Below, piece after piece: positions 54,251 through 64,000 of a stretch of DNA of 64,000 nt. The first letter of the stretch is position 1. The number at the start of each line of letters is the position of its first letter. This DNA is from an uncultured virus (IMG/VR IMGVR_UViG_3300021425_000021). Taxonomy: Duplodnaviria > Heunggongvirae > Uroviricota > Caudoviricetes. The stretch lies in the IMG/VR virus record IMGVR_UViG_3300021425_000021. The stretch is one strand, 5' to 3'. Under the pieces are notes generated by a model, which was not told the origin of the DNA, made no database searches, and saw nothing but the letters and a program-made list of their open reading frames with translations. The translations under genes and the position numbers were made by a program.

Positions 54251-55921
54251 CTAGTTTTCCTCGATTATAATACCAAATACATCATCCCTTTTAAATTTTA
54301 CAATGCTTTCGTTATTCTCATTTTCTACTTTATATACAACGTTCTCATCGCCATCTTCTTCATTAATTGATCCTATAAATGGAACTGATTCTGCTATAAG
54401 TCTATTCTTTTCATCTGTCATCATATCACGTATATTTTCATCTGTAATATAATTAAACATATTAGTAGAGGCAAAATAACCAAACATAACAAGAGTCATA
54501 ACTAAGTCATCATGGTTACCACGTGATGCTTCATATGAAGTTCCCTTTGACTCGAAGGTGCCAAGCTCACGAATAGTTTCAGCATCATATAGTTCAAGCT
54601 TTCCTTCTTCAATAAGATCCTTTACATTAGAACAACCAATACGTTTAGTTTTACGAGTCATTTCTAAACCATACGTAGTCCCTTGAGCCACTTTTCCGAC
54701 GTACATGTTTTCATACTCGTAATCATAACGAAGAGCTCTCCAAACTAATGAGCCCTGATCATTTGATTCGACAACAAGATATGCGTTGTTATAATACTTT
54801 GCGATTTTATGTATCATGTCAGGAAATATAAGTGGCGACACCAAGTTATTTCGATATGTTGCTACCTGTTTAAATGGAACTGTAGTGACATCAATCACAT
54901 TAAAGGCTGAATAATCTTGACCTCTACCACGTGCAGTGTCAATAGTCATGACATAATTATGGTTTTCCTTTTGTCTTTCGTAAATATATGTATCACCTTT
55001 AATCTCTTTTGGATTAATCGCACGCAATCCTAAAAGAGAATTTGGTGTTAAGAGTGTTCTACCAGTTCCTCTACCAAATGAATTGCCAAACTCCTGCTCA
55101 AATTGATCTTGAGAGGTATTTGAAATAGTTTGTTCTTTCCACTTTTCATCACGGCCTGGAACATCCCACCAATCTACTCGACTTGCTTTAAACTCATTTG
55201 TTTTTTGTACACCTCCTTCATAAAGCTTATGAAACATATTACCAATACCATTTGCGGTAGAAGTAATAATGACGCGTGAGGTTTTACCAGATGACACGAC
55301 TGGATATGTTGAGGTATAAAACTCAGTGTCATTTTCAACAAACGCAAACTCATCGAGATAAAGAAGACTTACAGACTTACCACGAATAGAAGATGATGAA
55401 GTTGCATGCGCTTCAATTCGAGTGTTATTTGAAAACTCAATGCTACCTTTGTTTAATGCCTTACAACCTGGTTGTAAAAAGAATGGTAGATTCTCGAGCA
55501 TTAATGTGATACGAGATAGCATCTCTTTTGATGTTGCGGCTTTGTTAGCAAGAACAGCAATGAGTTTGTCAGAATGAAAAATAGAATACCAAAGCAAATA
55601 CGCACAAACCGAAATAGACTTACCTGATTGTCGACAAGCAAGAACAACATTAAATCTATTATCATTGAAAGTTTTAAATAGCTTTTTCTGATAATCATAT
55701 GGCTTAAAGTATACTAAACCTTTATCAATATGAATAATCTTAATATAGTTCTCAACAAAATAATCAACTGATTGTTTACAACGTACGTATTCTTCTAGTT
55801 CCTCTTGCGTAAAAGAGTGTTGAACGCCATCTCTCTTAACAGAAATATTGCCCAAATAGCCTTTATGCTGGTCGGTATTTTTTTCTAGATTAATCTTCGG
55901 TTTCATCAAAATCTGCGTCAA
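54251..55921 (-). CDS. 17: Terminase large subunit
   Basis: RQSGKS, YLDEFAF, STANG, HDDLVM. Confidence 0.98.
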   Translation of the reverse strand: MTQILMKPKINLEKNTDQHKGYLGNISVKRDGVQHSFTQEELEEYVRCKQSVDYFVENYIKIIHIDKGLVYFKPYDYQKKLFKTFNDNRFNVVLACRQSGKSISVCAYLLWYSIFHSDKLIAVLANKAATSKEMLSRITLMLENLPFFLQPGCKALNKGSIEFSNNTRIEAHATSSSSIRGKSVSLLYLDEFAFVENDTEFYTSTYPVVSSGKTSRVIITSTANGIGNMFHKLYEGGVQKTNEFKASRVDWWDVPGRDEKWKEQTISNTSQDQFEQEFGNSFGRGTGRTLLTPNSLLGLRAINPKEIKGDTYIYERQKENHNYVMTIDTARGRGQDYSAFNVIDVTTVPFKQVATYRNNLVSPLIFPDMIHKIAKYYNNAYLVVESNDQGSLVWRALRYDYEYENMYVGKVAQGTTYGLEMTRKTKRIGCSNVKDLIEEGKLELYDAETIRELGTFESKGTSYEASRGNHDDLVMTLVMFGYFASTNMFNYITDENIRDMMTDEKNRLIAESVPFIGSINEEDGDENVVYKVENENNESIVKFKRDDVFGIIIEEN

Positions 55922-56348
55922 TTATTTCATTACGTACATTATCTATAGCAGAAAGAAGTTCTTGAGTTGTGCCTTCAAAGGCTACCGTAGGTTGTTCGTT
56001 TTCCTGTAGCAACTGCTTAGGGCGATCTGCCGGTGAGGGTCCATCCTGAGTAATAACTTGCATTTTTCTCTGTAGATCAACCAACTTACTATTTATATCC
56101 GCAGTATGCTTAATGCCATTGAAAAGAACTTCATACGCTCTTGGATGCTCTGCGTCCTTCGAAAGCTGTTGCAAATCTTGAATCGCATCAATAGAAACCT
56201 GAATTAGCTCATGATACGTGTCGCGCGAAAACGTATAATCCTTTTCAAGATCATCTGCCTCATCAATTTTAGCAATTAACTTTTTTGCGGTTTCTTTGTT
56301 ATCCACGTTGGAACTCTTTAAATGTCTTACGCTCGGTCTTTGGCTCAC
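55890..56348 (-). CDS. 16: Terminase small subunit
   Basis: DY.FSR, HPRAYEV, GTT.EL. Confidence 0.92.
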   Translation of the reverse strand: MSQRPSVRHLKSSNVDNKETAKKLIAKIDEADDLEKDYTFSRDTYHELIQVSIDAIQDLQQLSKDAEHPRAYEVLFNGIKHTADINSKLVDLQRKMQVITQDGPSPADRPKQLLQENEQPTVAFEGTTQELLSAIDNVRNEIIDADFDETED

Positions 56349-56787
56349 TTAGTTCTTGATACTTACGAAACGTCTGATACGTCGAAGGAGGGATGAGACC
56401 GAGTTTACCATCTGTTACTTTCTTTAGCAGCATATGAGCAACAAGAACCGTTGCCGGCCCAGTGCCCGGTATTGGAACTGCAGCAAAAGCTCCAAGACCT
56501 ATCATACGAAGAAAGTCACCCGTCAACTTAGCCATAGACCTACTAGCCTTTGCTAATGTCTCAGGACTAGGGTTTGCCACCGCAGCTTCAATATTACTAA
56601 ACTCACGATTATACGTATCGCTAAACGCTTTAGACATTTTCTCAAGAGACGCTGCTCTATCAGCTTTCTTAAGAGTTAGCGCCTGACCAAAGAACTTAAT
56701 TATGCCATCCATAAGGTCAGAGTTATCAGAACCAATAATTTTCCTGAGGCTATCAACAAACCCTTCGTCTAGTATTTCTTCGTTCAT
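56299..56787 (-). CDS. Hypothetical protein inserted between gp15 and gp16
   Basis: Coupled ORF with hydrophobic GLGAFAAVPIPG segment. Confidence 0.65.
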   Translation of the reverse strand: MNEEILDEGFVDSLRKIIGSDNSDLMDGIIKFFGQALTLKKADRAASLEKMSKAFSDTYNREFSNIEAAVANPSPETLAKASRSMAKLTGDFLRMIGLGAFAAVPIPGTGPATVLVAHMLLKKVTDGKLGLIPPSTYQTFRKYQELSEPKTERKTFKEFQRG

Positions 56788-57548
56788 TACTCAAACCCAT
56801 ATGTATATGTTAAATCAATAGTATGTGTATCATTTGGATCATTTGCAGATTGTGGATTTACTGATTGTGTAATTGTTAACTCATCAGTGGTATTAGACGA
56901 ATCAGTAAAGTTTACAATAGAATTCAATATGACATTCTTATTATCGTCAATTCTGCCGAAAATATTCATTCTGACATCAAACGCTAAAGTGTATACGATC
57001 TTACGATTTCTAACAAAATCATTCTCATATGTGTCTTCCTTTGATACATTCAGCAGCTTAAATATAACTTCATCTGTAAATGTTTCACCATCAATTGGAT
57101 AATAAGAACGACGAATAGATGGCTTAAAATAAGGAATAATTTGCTCTACGATTTGTAAAGCTTCATCTTGAGTTTTTGCGTATACTAATAAATTAAGAGG
57201 AATAATGTATGGAGCTGGTGAATATACCGACACTGGATCACCTGCTGCATTTACTAATTTACATACATTATTTTTCGGAAGCTGGCGCTCGGTATCATAC
57301 GTAAGCGCACCCGCAATTTCAAATGACATTCTAGGTAACGTTAGTGCTACGCGTTCATCTGTCAAATCTGGATTTTCTGCTAAGCGAACTAGAAATGATT
57401 CTCTTGGCGCATATGCTAAAGGAACTCGCCTTTGATTCGATAGTTTACCAGAACCATCTTTTCGAGCAACGTGTATATCATTAAACATATCACCAAATAG
57501 GGCAACGATTTTTCTAATAATACCGTTATATGAATATGTTCCGTACAT
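56787..57548 (-). CDS. 15: Tail sheath stabilizer/terminator
   Basis: FG.MFN, VPLAY, LPRMSFE, QIVEQIIPYF.P. Confidence 0.96.
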   Translation of the reverse strand: MYGTYSYNGIIRKIVALFGDMFNDIHVARKDGSGKLSNQRRVPLAYAPRESFLVRLAENPDLTDERVALTLPRMSFEIAGALTYDTERQLPKNNVCKLVNAAGDPVSVYSPAPYIIPLNLLVYAKTQDEALQIVEQIIPYFKPSIRRSYYPIDGETFTDEVIFKLLNVSKEDTYENDFVRNRKIVYTLAFDVRMNIFGRIDDNKNVILNSIVNFTDSSNTTDELTITQSVNPQSANDPNDTHTIDLTYTYGFE

Positions 57549-58561
57549 TAAAAATCACCAAATGGGTTTGTAGAATCGAAAGCTGTTATGCTATCAGCGA
57601 TCTCTTCAATCTGGTCATTACTAGAATAACCTGTGTTATTGTTTTCACTAATAGAAAGTATAGTGGCTGTTTGTCCAGATGTTTTTCCGGTAATGGTTCC
57701 AGCGCTAAACGTAACAAACTTATTCGATTCATTACGCACATTTGATACATGCATAAGATTTATGTTATTACCATTCGATAATTTTTGGATTTCAGCAGTA
57801 ACAGTATTTGAGCCAACAGTTTGAGAGACTAATTCACCGTCGGTAAATCCTGATACCGAATCAACCGTAAGTATATACTCAGTGGCAAATTTATGTTCAT
57901 CAATTCCAATATCATCAAGATCCATATTTTCTCCGGAGTACTCAAAGAGTGAGGCGTTAAGTTTATATACCGGAAGATTATTGAGTTGATAAAAAGGTTT
58001 TTCATGCTCAACGAAGGTAATTTCAAAAATAGTATTAGATGCTGGCATATAGATAAGATCACCTTCTCGAGGACGAGAAAACTCATCTATATTAGTTCCA
58101 CTTAAAACAGGATCTTCTTGACTATTATTTGAATCATGTCTTGAGAGTATGACATTTGGACCTTCGATACTCACGGTTCTAGATTTAATTATATTGCCAG
58201 CACGGTCTAATGTTTCAATTCTATCTGTAGCGGTAGGAAGAAACCCTTGGGCTACTACACTTTCCCATCTACTCTTTGCAACAACAAATGTAGCTTCGTC
58301 GCGAATCTCTACGCCAAACTTTTGGAATATATCGCCGCTATCAAATCCTGTTTTATTTTCAATATACATTTCGATTTGTAACGAGTTTTTAAATTTAGAG
58401 AAAATGTCTTCTCCAAAAATATTATCTTTCGTTACAATTTCTCGCGGCACATAATGATAATCTTGGCCATATATTTTTAAGGCCTCAATAATAAGATTCT
58501 CATATAGACTTTGTTGAGTACTAAGCCCGCCGCTTTCAGTAAAATTTGGATTGAGTGCCAT
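57548..58561 (-). CDS. 14: Neck protein
   Basis: YVPRE, KFG, PREGDLIY.P, FEYS, NPFG. Confidence 0.94.
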   Translation of the reverse strand: MALNPNFTESGGLSTQQSLYENLIIEALKIYGQDYHYVPREIVTKDNIFGEDIFSKFKNSLQIEMYIENKTGFDSGDIFQKFGVEIRDEATFVVAKSRWESVVAQGFLPTATDRIETLDRAGNIIKSRTVSIEGPNVILSRHDSNNSQEDPVLSGTNIDEFSRPREGDLIYMPASNTIFEITFVEHEKPFYQLNNLPVYKLNASLFEYSGENMDLDDIGIDEHKFATEYILTVDSVSGFTDGELVSQTVGSNTVTAEIQKLSNGNNINLMHVSNVRNESNKFVTFSAGTITGKTSGQTATILSISENNNTGYSSNDQIEEIADSITAFDSTNPFGDF

Positions 58562-58565
58562 TTAC

Positions 58566-59315
58566 TTATCCAATAAAAAAATCAACCGGCGGTTGATACC
58601 TGCGTTGCATCTCGTCTTCGAGCTCAGCTTGACGCGCTTTTCCTTCATTATAAATTGTAGTGCCGTCCATAGTAATACCACCAATTAGTTCAACACCGTT
58701 AAACTTAATTAGATTTAGACCCCATTGCTTTTGTATTAAAGCTTGAGCATATGCCTTTAGCCAACGGTCATTCCACGCATTTGCGGTTGCGGCTGGATCA
58801 ATGAAGCGATATCCACGTGTTACGATATAGTCTCCAGGCTTAACATCGTCATCCCAATCAAGTTGAATATTTAATTTATTTTCGTAACGTGAATATTGAA
58901 AATGATCTATACCCTGAAATAAATCATCTAAAAGGCCAAGATATTGTCTGGCTTGTACGTATGTAGTAACACCGCCCGAAAATGATAAATCAAATAAGTC
59001 ATTCAAATGTAATTGATACTCAATGTTGAACAGAGAGCTATCAAAACCAGACCTTTGATTAATTGGAATTACTCGAGTAATATATGCTACATTGTTTCCA
59101 ACCGTGATATATTCATTATCAATGTCCGTTTGAGTCAGTTGTGTTTTAAAATAGTCTTCAACTAACGCATCTACATGAAACTCTTGCCAATATTGAATAG
59201 CATCATCAATACGATCTTCAACTTGATTATCAGATACATTGATTTCTAGAACATCTTTACCAAGTGCTCTTAAGCAGAATTCTTTAAAATCAGTGCGTGT
59301 TCCTGGCTGTGCCAT
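58566..59315 (-). CDS. 13: Neck protein
   Basis: LRALG, QVEDRI, WLK.Y, QWG.NL.KF. Late promoter at 59336-59343. Confidence 0.95.
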   Translation of the reverse strand: MAQPGTRTDFKEFCLRALGKDVLEINVSDNQVEDRIDDAIQYWQEFHVDALVEDYFKTQLTQTDIDNEYITVGNNVAYITRVIPINQRSGFDSSLFNIEYQLHLNDLFDLSFSGGVTTYVQARQYLGLLDDLFQGIDHFQYSRYENKLNIQLDWDDDVKPGDYIVTRGYRFIDPAATANAWNDRWLKAYAQALIQKQWGLNLIKFNGVELIGGITMDGTTIYNEGKARQAELEDEMQRRYQPPVDFFIG

Positions 59316-59338
59316 TAATGTATCCTTTTAGAATATAT

Positions 59339-59758
59339 TTATATGATCCTATCAAGTACAAGAGTGATAGTACCATCATCTTGAACAGTTCCTTCGCCAT
59401 CACGTATTTCAAAAAAGATTTGAGAAGTTGCTGAGTTAGTACCAGTGAGAGACCAGGTGCGTGATGATGTGAGAGCTTGCCATGTATTGAGCGTGCCTGA
59501 TGGTGTTGAACCACTACTAAGAGTTGCTCGTATCTCATAGTCGCCTGGGGCAGATGACTTTGGATCGACCCAATCACCTAACGAAGCTGAAGGCGTGCCA
59601 GACGGCGCAACAATGTCACCGTCAGATTGAAACTGCACAGAAGCAGTATTTGTTCCCGAAACAAACTGAGTCGTGATAGTTCTTGTAGGAACTCTGATAA
59701 CATCAGCCGGCTCTGCCGAGTTAATACACTGCGCCAGCATATGAAGAATCATACTCAT
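59339..59758 (-). CDS. Fibre-associated beta-rich protein
   Basis: Coupled downstream of the fibre gene, S/T/G-rich. Confidence 0.55.
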   Translation of the reverse strand: MSMILHMLAQCINSAEPADVIRVPTRTITTQFVSGTNTASVQFQSDGDIVAPSGTPSASLGDWVDPKSSAPGDYEIRATLSSGSTPSGTLNTWQALTSSRTWSLTGTNSATSQIFFEIRDGEGTVQDDGTITLVLDRII

Positions 59759-62076
59759 TAAGTTAGATTTCCAAATACATGACAGTCTGTGCTAGTACGA
59801 AATAATACCGCCATAGTACTATTTCCTGCCAAAGTTACTGAAGCAGTATTAGCACCATTAAAGAACATAGACAAACCAGATCCACGCGTAATAGTTCTAG
59901 AAGTACTTCCAGTACTAATGATAACAATATCACGTCCTGTAAAGGTTCCACTTGGTATTGTTATATCACCATCCGCGAATACAACTGTATTAGCATCAGC
60001 CGATGTAATAGAAGTACGAGACGCTCCGGTAGATCGTCCAGTTATGGTGTCAGCGGTAAAGTCACCACTAACATCAACGTCGGTTGGCAAGCCAATAGTA
60101 ACAGTAGAACCTTCTGATCCAGAACCAGATACTTCTACTTCATTGGCTGTTCCAGCGATTGTTGCAATATAATTACCTGTTGTGTTTGTTCCTAAAGCAA
60201 CTGCATTATTTGTTATTGTTGCGGTCAATGTTCCAGAAGCAAGATTCGTAAGAGTAACTGATCCGCTTAAGTCTCCGGCAAGAGTAATGACCGGATCAGG
60301 AATATTAGTAAAGTTTGCAAACTCTAGGTAATGTGATCCTTGTTGACCATCGAGTAAATCAGCATCTAAGCCAGAAGTAGCACCATCATTGCCAGCATGC
60401 CAAATAACGTTATTAGTATTATTATCTCTAATATATACGCTTGATACGTTTCCATTATCTATGCCAGAAAATATATGAGAACCTTCTGTTTCAATGAAAA
60501 GAGAACCACCGTTTTGTCTGATGCGCGATTCGTCAGATCCAGAGCCTTGATCAGTTTCATTAAGAATAATTCTAGGCTCAGCCAAAGAAACTGTTAAGTT
60601 ACCGGTGATAGTTCCACCGGTAGAAGCTAAGTAACTTAGGGCTGGAATTCTTGCTGAGTCAAATGTGCCTGTTGTAACCTTTGACGCATCAAGACTAGGG
60701 ATTCTAGCGGAGGCAAAGGTTCCGGTAGTAATTTTTGATGTGTCTAGACTTGGAATACGAGATGCTGAAAACGTTCCAGAAGTAATCTTTGACGCGTCAA
60801 GACTAGGGATTCTAGCTAAGGCAAGGGTTCCGGTAGTAATGTCAGCCGCATCATGAGTTTGAGCAGTTAGCTCTTGCTGAACAAATTCTGTAGTTGCTAA
60901 TCGTGTTGAATCATTACCGGTCGCCTGTGTTACTGCGGTTGGGTTTCCGGTAAAAGTAGGAGAAGCCAATGGCGCTTTCAAATCTAATGCCGTTTGAAGA
61001 CCATCAATATTACCAATCACATGGTTATGAGAATCATCGACAATAGAAACTGTAAGAGTACCAGACGCAAGATTTGTTAGCGTCACACTACCTGTCGCAT
61101 CACCCGCTAAGGTTATGACTGGATCAGCAACATTTGTCAGATTAGTAAAGTCTAAGTAGTATGATCCTTCTTGACCGTCAAGTAAGTCAGCGTCTAGTCC
61201 CGATCCAGAACCAGCGGCAAATCTAGCGGTTGGAATAGTTCCAGAGCTAAGATTACTTGCGTTAGTGTAGTAGCTACCTTGTTGACCATCGAGTAAATCG
61301 GCATCTAGACCAGAAGCAGCGCCATCATTACCAGCATGCCATACTGTATTCGATGATACTGCCAACACACCGGTCGATGTGTTCCACGTAAAATTAGAAT
61401 TACCTTCGATCGTACCATCACCCGTCCATACCGCAACTTGATTATCTGCTGGCGTACCAACTTTTAAAACATCACCGCCACCAGAAGCAGCAACTGCGCT
61501 TTGTACGAATTGGGTTGTAGCAATTTGAGCTGTAGAAGTTCCAGACGTAGCAGTTGGCGCCGTAGGAGTTCCGGTCAAAGCCGGTGAAGCTAGGGTAGCA
61601 TATGTGCCAAAGTCAGAAATCTGCGACTCAGTAATTGATAGAGCGGCTTGATGTTGAGTGACATTTGACTGCGCAATTCGAGCATCTAAAAAGGTGCCAG
61701 AAGTAATAGCGCTTGTAGATAAACTTAAACTGCCGATTTCCTGCTGAACAAATGCTGTAGTAGCTATTTGTGTAGTATTAGTCGATCCAGAAGCAGTTGG
61801 TGCCGCTGGCGTTCCAGTAAAAGTAGGAGAGGCTAACGATGCTTTACCTGCTAAGTCAGCATCAACCTCATTAATAGCAACAACTAAGTTGCCGTTGGCG
61901 GTTGTTGTAAGTGATGATAACGTGCCAATCTCGCCATCAATTTCGTTAATTGCGGTTGCAACACTAGTTGCCGTAGTCGTAAGAGTAGAGATTTCGCCTA
62001 CGTCTGTCACGAAAAGATTATATTGATCTGCCCATGCACCGAGTAGTGTTGAATCTGTTACTGATCTATCTGCCAT
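59758..62076 (-). CDS. Tail/neck fibre protein with mosaic repeats
   Basis: ASPTFTGTPTAPT x3, DADLLDG x3, RIPSLDASKITSGTF x4. Confidence 0.85.
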   Translation of the reverse strand: MADRSVTDSTLLGAWADQYNLFVTDVGEISTLTTTATSVATAINEIDGEIGTLSSLTTTANGNLVVAINEVDADLAGKASLASPTFTGTPAAPTASGSTNTTQIATTAFVQQEIGSLSLSTSAITSGTFLDARIAQSNVTQHQAALSITESQISDFGTYATLASPALTGTPTAPTATSGTSTAQIATTQFVQSAVAASGGGDVLKVGTPADNQVAVWTGDGTIEGNSNFTWNTSTGVLAVSSNTVWHAGNDGAASGLDADLLDGQQGSYYTNASNLSSGTIPTARFAAGSGSGLDADLLDGQEGSYYLDFTNLTNVADPVITLAGDATGSVTLTNLASGTLTVSIVDDSHNHVIGNIDGLQTALDLKAPLASPTFTGNPTAVTQATGNDSTRLATTEFVQQELTAQTHDAADITTGTLALARIPSLDASKITSGTFSASRIPSLDTSKITTGTFASARIPSLDASKVTTGTFDSARIPALSYLASTGGTITGNLTVSLAEPRIILNETDQGSGSDESRIRQNGGSLFIETEGSHIFSGIDNGNVSSVYIRDNNTNNVIWHAGNDGATSGLDADLLDGQQGSHYLEFANFTNIPDPVITLAGDLSGSVTLTNLASGTLTATITNNAVALGTNTTGNYIATIAGTANEVEVSGSGSEGSTVTIGLPTDVDVSGDFTADTITGRSTGASRTSITSADANTVVFADGDITIPSGTFTGRDIVIISTGSTSRTITRGSGLSMFFNGANTASVTLAGNSTMAVLFRTSTDCHVFGNLT

Positions 62077-62281
62077 TCTTTAACTCTTGAACTGTGCTGT
62101 TTAACTTATTTATCTGCTCACGTAATTCATTTAATTCTGTTCTAAGCATTTTTAGCTCTATGTCTTTTTCTCTTTGAGCCGATGCTATTTGCCTCGCTGC
62201 CTCTAACTTTTTCCTATTGACAGAAACAATTGCTCCATCTTTATTACGCCTAAGATCAGGTTTACCTTCAACTTTTAACAT
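62066..62281 (-). CDS. Conserved small coiled-coil protein
   Basis: KVEG..DL.R...GAI pattern, downstream of the large structural gene. Confidence 0.7.
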   Translation of the reverse strand: MLKVEGKPDLRRNKDGAIVSVNRKKLEAARQIASAQREKDIELKMLRTELNELREQINKLNSTVQELKNGR

Positions 62282-64000
62282 TATGTAGCTAAAGCAATAC
62301 TTCTAAAGTCAGTGAGACGAGGAACATCTGACGTTGTTGGTGAACGGAATACTAATTTATATTGATAACGTGTAAATGGATCTAGCGTAGTCGTCGTTGT
62401 TGGTATTGTATATTCGTACTCACGGAATATTTCAATATTATCATCGGCTGGTATGACTTCGTCTGGAGTCGCTAGTGTCCAATCAACTTCAGTGAGATCT
62501 ACATCATCGCCAGAATTAGCTACACGGAAGTAAAGGTCAATGAATGTTCCACTAGGACGATTAGCGGCAAAGAATACTTTTAGGCCAATTGCCTCTTCAT
62601 TAAGAGTAATTGCTTTAAATATATGTTTAGCTGTAGCCGTACCACCCGTCGCATCTGTTTCTGCGACATATATTTCAGGAGTATTATAACCAGCTGTCGA
62701 TCCTGAAGCTTCCTGATTATCAATGCGGTTTCTAATTACGCCGGCCGACATTCTAGATAAGTCAATTACCGGAGCAACAAAGTTTGAAGTGCTTGATAGA
62801 GTTGCTCTCATCGTAAGTGATTTTTTGCCAGCACCTAGGTTTGTGGTTTCGTTTACTGTTGAAGCAACAACCTGTGGTCCTTCAAATGTGTTATTTTTAT
62901 TGATTAGCATACTTGAAAATGTACTATCTTTTACATATTCAGTTTCTTGCTGTGAAGGTGAAGCACCGGTCGTAGTTTTAAATGCCCAATCAACTGTGGC
63001 ATTTGGATGACTTAGCTGATTTATATTTGGATATAAAGTATCAAATTGATTTTGGCCTGTTGCGAATCCATTTGAACCACCACCGGATACTGCGCTTGTA
63101 CTTGTTGCGGCCGAAACTACGATAGTAAAGCTATCAAAGTCTTCAGCATCTGCGACAGTATGCGTAGTATTTAATTGGCCAGCGGTAATACCACCTACCG
63201 CGGTAAGGCCACTAAATGTTACGGATGAACCATTCGTAAGACCATGATTAGGCATAGTTACTCGAATAGTTGGAGCGGCTTGAACATTCGTTACGCGAAT
63301 TGAATCGGTGGCTAATGCAACCTCTGGTAAACTTACGTTTTCGAAATATGCTACAGTGTTTGTGCCGATATTAAACTCAGCTCTATTAAGTCTAAACATT
63401 AAGTCGCGAGATTGGTCAGGCGTCCATGTAGATCCATTCTGAGATTTAAAGAAAGAACCAAGTGTTGGTTGTTGCATTACACGTTGTGTAGTTGAACCAA
63501 ACAAAAACTCGGTAACTGCTGCAGTCCAAGCTTCATAATCAAGTGATTCAGAAATAACAACAATGGCATATTCATTTAGTCCGTTGAGATATATTGGTGC
63601 CGGAAACGTAAACTTTGTTAGTGCTGCTCGACCAGAAGGACTATTCGGATCGGTCGTAGTATTAACATCAGCCGCAGCAACCATCACCTCACCACCAGGT
63701 ACAGGTTGATTTGTTGGTATACCATTTACCATTGGACGTATTTGAACACGAACAGGTTGCCCACCCGTAGTTGGTTTAGTTCTAAAGAACAAGTCAACCG
63801 AAGTTATATATACTCCGGTTTCTCGTTCAACCAAAAAGCTTTGTGCAATTGGATCGATCCAAACAACTGGTTGCGGAGATGGCTGTGGACGTATCGTAGT
63901 AACCTGAGTACTTTGTGTTTCCAATGTACCTTGCGCAGTATATGTAGAAAATGCTGAAGAAACGGCATCATCATCAGTAGTAGCCACAGAATCACGTACT
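62281..64000 (-). CDS. Large virion structural protein, C-terminal part (VrlC/DUF4815-like), partial
   Basis: DPIAQSF, VDLFF, GSFFKSQNGSTW, DL.F.L.RA.F, FRSIAL. Confidence 0.85.
   Translation of the reverse strand, partial: VRDSVATTDDDAVSSAFSTYTAQGTLETQSTQVTTIRPQPSPQPVVWIDPIAQSFLVERETGVYITSVDLFFRTKPTTGGQPVRVQIRPMVNGIPTNQPVPGGEVMVAAADVNTTTDPNSPSGRAALTKFTFPAPIYLNGLNEYAIVVISESLDYEAWTAAVTEFLFGSTTQRVMQQPTLGSFFKSQNGSTWTPDQSRDLMFRLNRAEFNIGTNTVAYFENVSLPEVALATDSIRVTNVQAAPTIRVTMPNHGLTNGSSVTFSGLTAVGGITAGQLNTTHTVADAEDFDSFTIVVSAATSTSAVSGGGSNGFATGQNQFDTLYPNINQLSHPNATVDWAFKTTTGASPSQQETEYVKDSTFSSMLINKNNTFEGPQVVASTVNETTNLGAGKKSLTMRATLSSTSNFVAPVIDLSRMSAGVIRNRIDNQEASGSTAGYNTPEIYVAETDATGGTATAKHIFKAITLNEEAIGLKVFFAANRPSGTFIDLYFRVANSGDDVDLTEVDWTLATPDEVIPADDNIEIFREYEYTIPTTTTTLDPFTRYQYKLVFRSPTTSDVPRLTDFRSIALAT

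Noticed and set aside
98..63957. Plus-strand ORFs in the six-frame track (e.g. 6663-7160, 48559-49065, 52708-53304)
   Set aside because: They are antisense shadows of well-supported minus-strand genes and have no recognisable motifs.
1..64000. Introns, inteins, tRNAs or stop-codon recoding
   Set aside because: Core genes (nrdA, nrdB, gp43, gp41, gp17, thyX) are uninterrupted and of normal length in the standard code. I saw no cloverleaf in the few intergenic gaps, although no scan was run.

Overview
This is a 64 kb segment of a T4-like myovirus (T4 superfamily, with the gene order typical of marine or environmental members). A two-component spanin points to a Gram-negative host. Essentially all real genes are on the minus strand. 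Reading in transcription direction (right to left) the window holds: (1) tail and fibre genes, then the neck/tail/terminase/head block gp13-14-15-16-17-18-19-20-67-21-22-23-3; (2) uvsY, uvsW, gp55, gp47/46, gp45/44/62, regA and gp43; (3) a nucleotide and DNA-modification island; (4) uvsX, gp41 and thyX; (5) accessory early genes and two further glycosyltransferase-like genes; (6) a late block of probable internal head proteins plus lysis genes; (7) nrdA/nrdB/glutaredoxin, a collagen-containing fibre, RNase H and an array of early promoter-gene cassettes. The best candidate for an undescribed system is a tightly overlapping operon at 27194-30934. It encodes dCMP hydroxymethylase (gp42), dCMP deaminase, a T4 alpha-glucosyltransferase homolog and a UDP-glucuronate 4-epimerase-like enzyme, which suggests 5-hydroxymethylcytosine decorated with a uronic acid (galacturonate) rather than glucose. 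Other notable signals are exactly leaderless promoters on gp55, gp43, gp41 and nrdB; a six-copy ATTACA-N4-TGTAAT operator inside dispersed promoter repeats; an AEP primase-polymerase where gp61 would be expected; an ADP-ribosyltransferase with a capsid-targeting-like N-terminus; a degenerate Acb1/57B-like protein; and a putative late small RNA. All family assignments come from motif recognition by eye and from memory; no database search was run.
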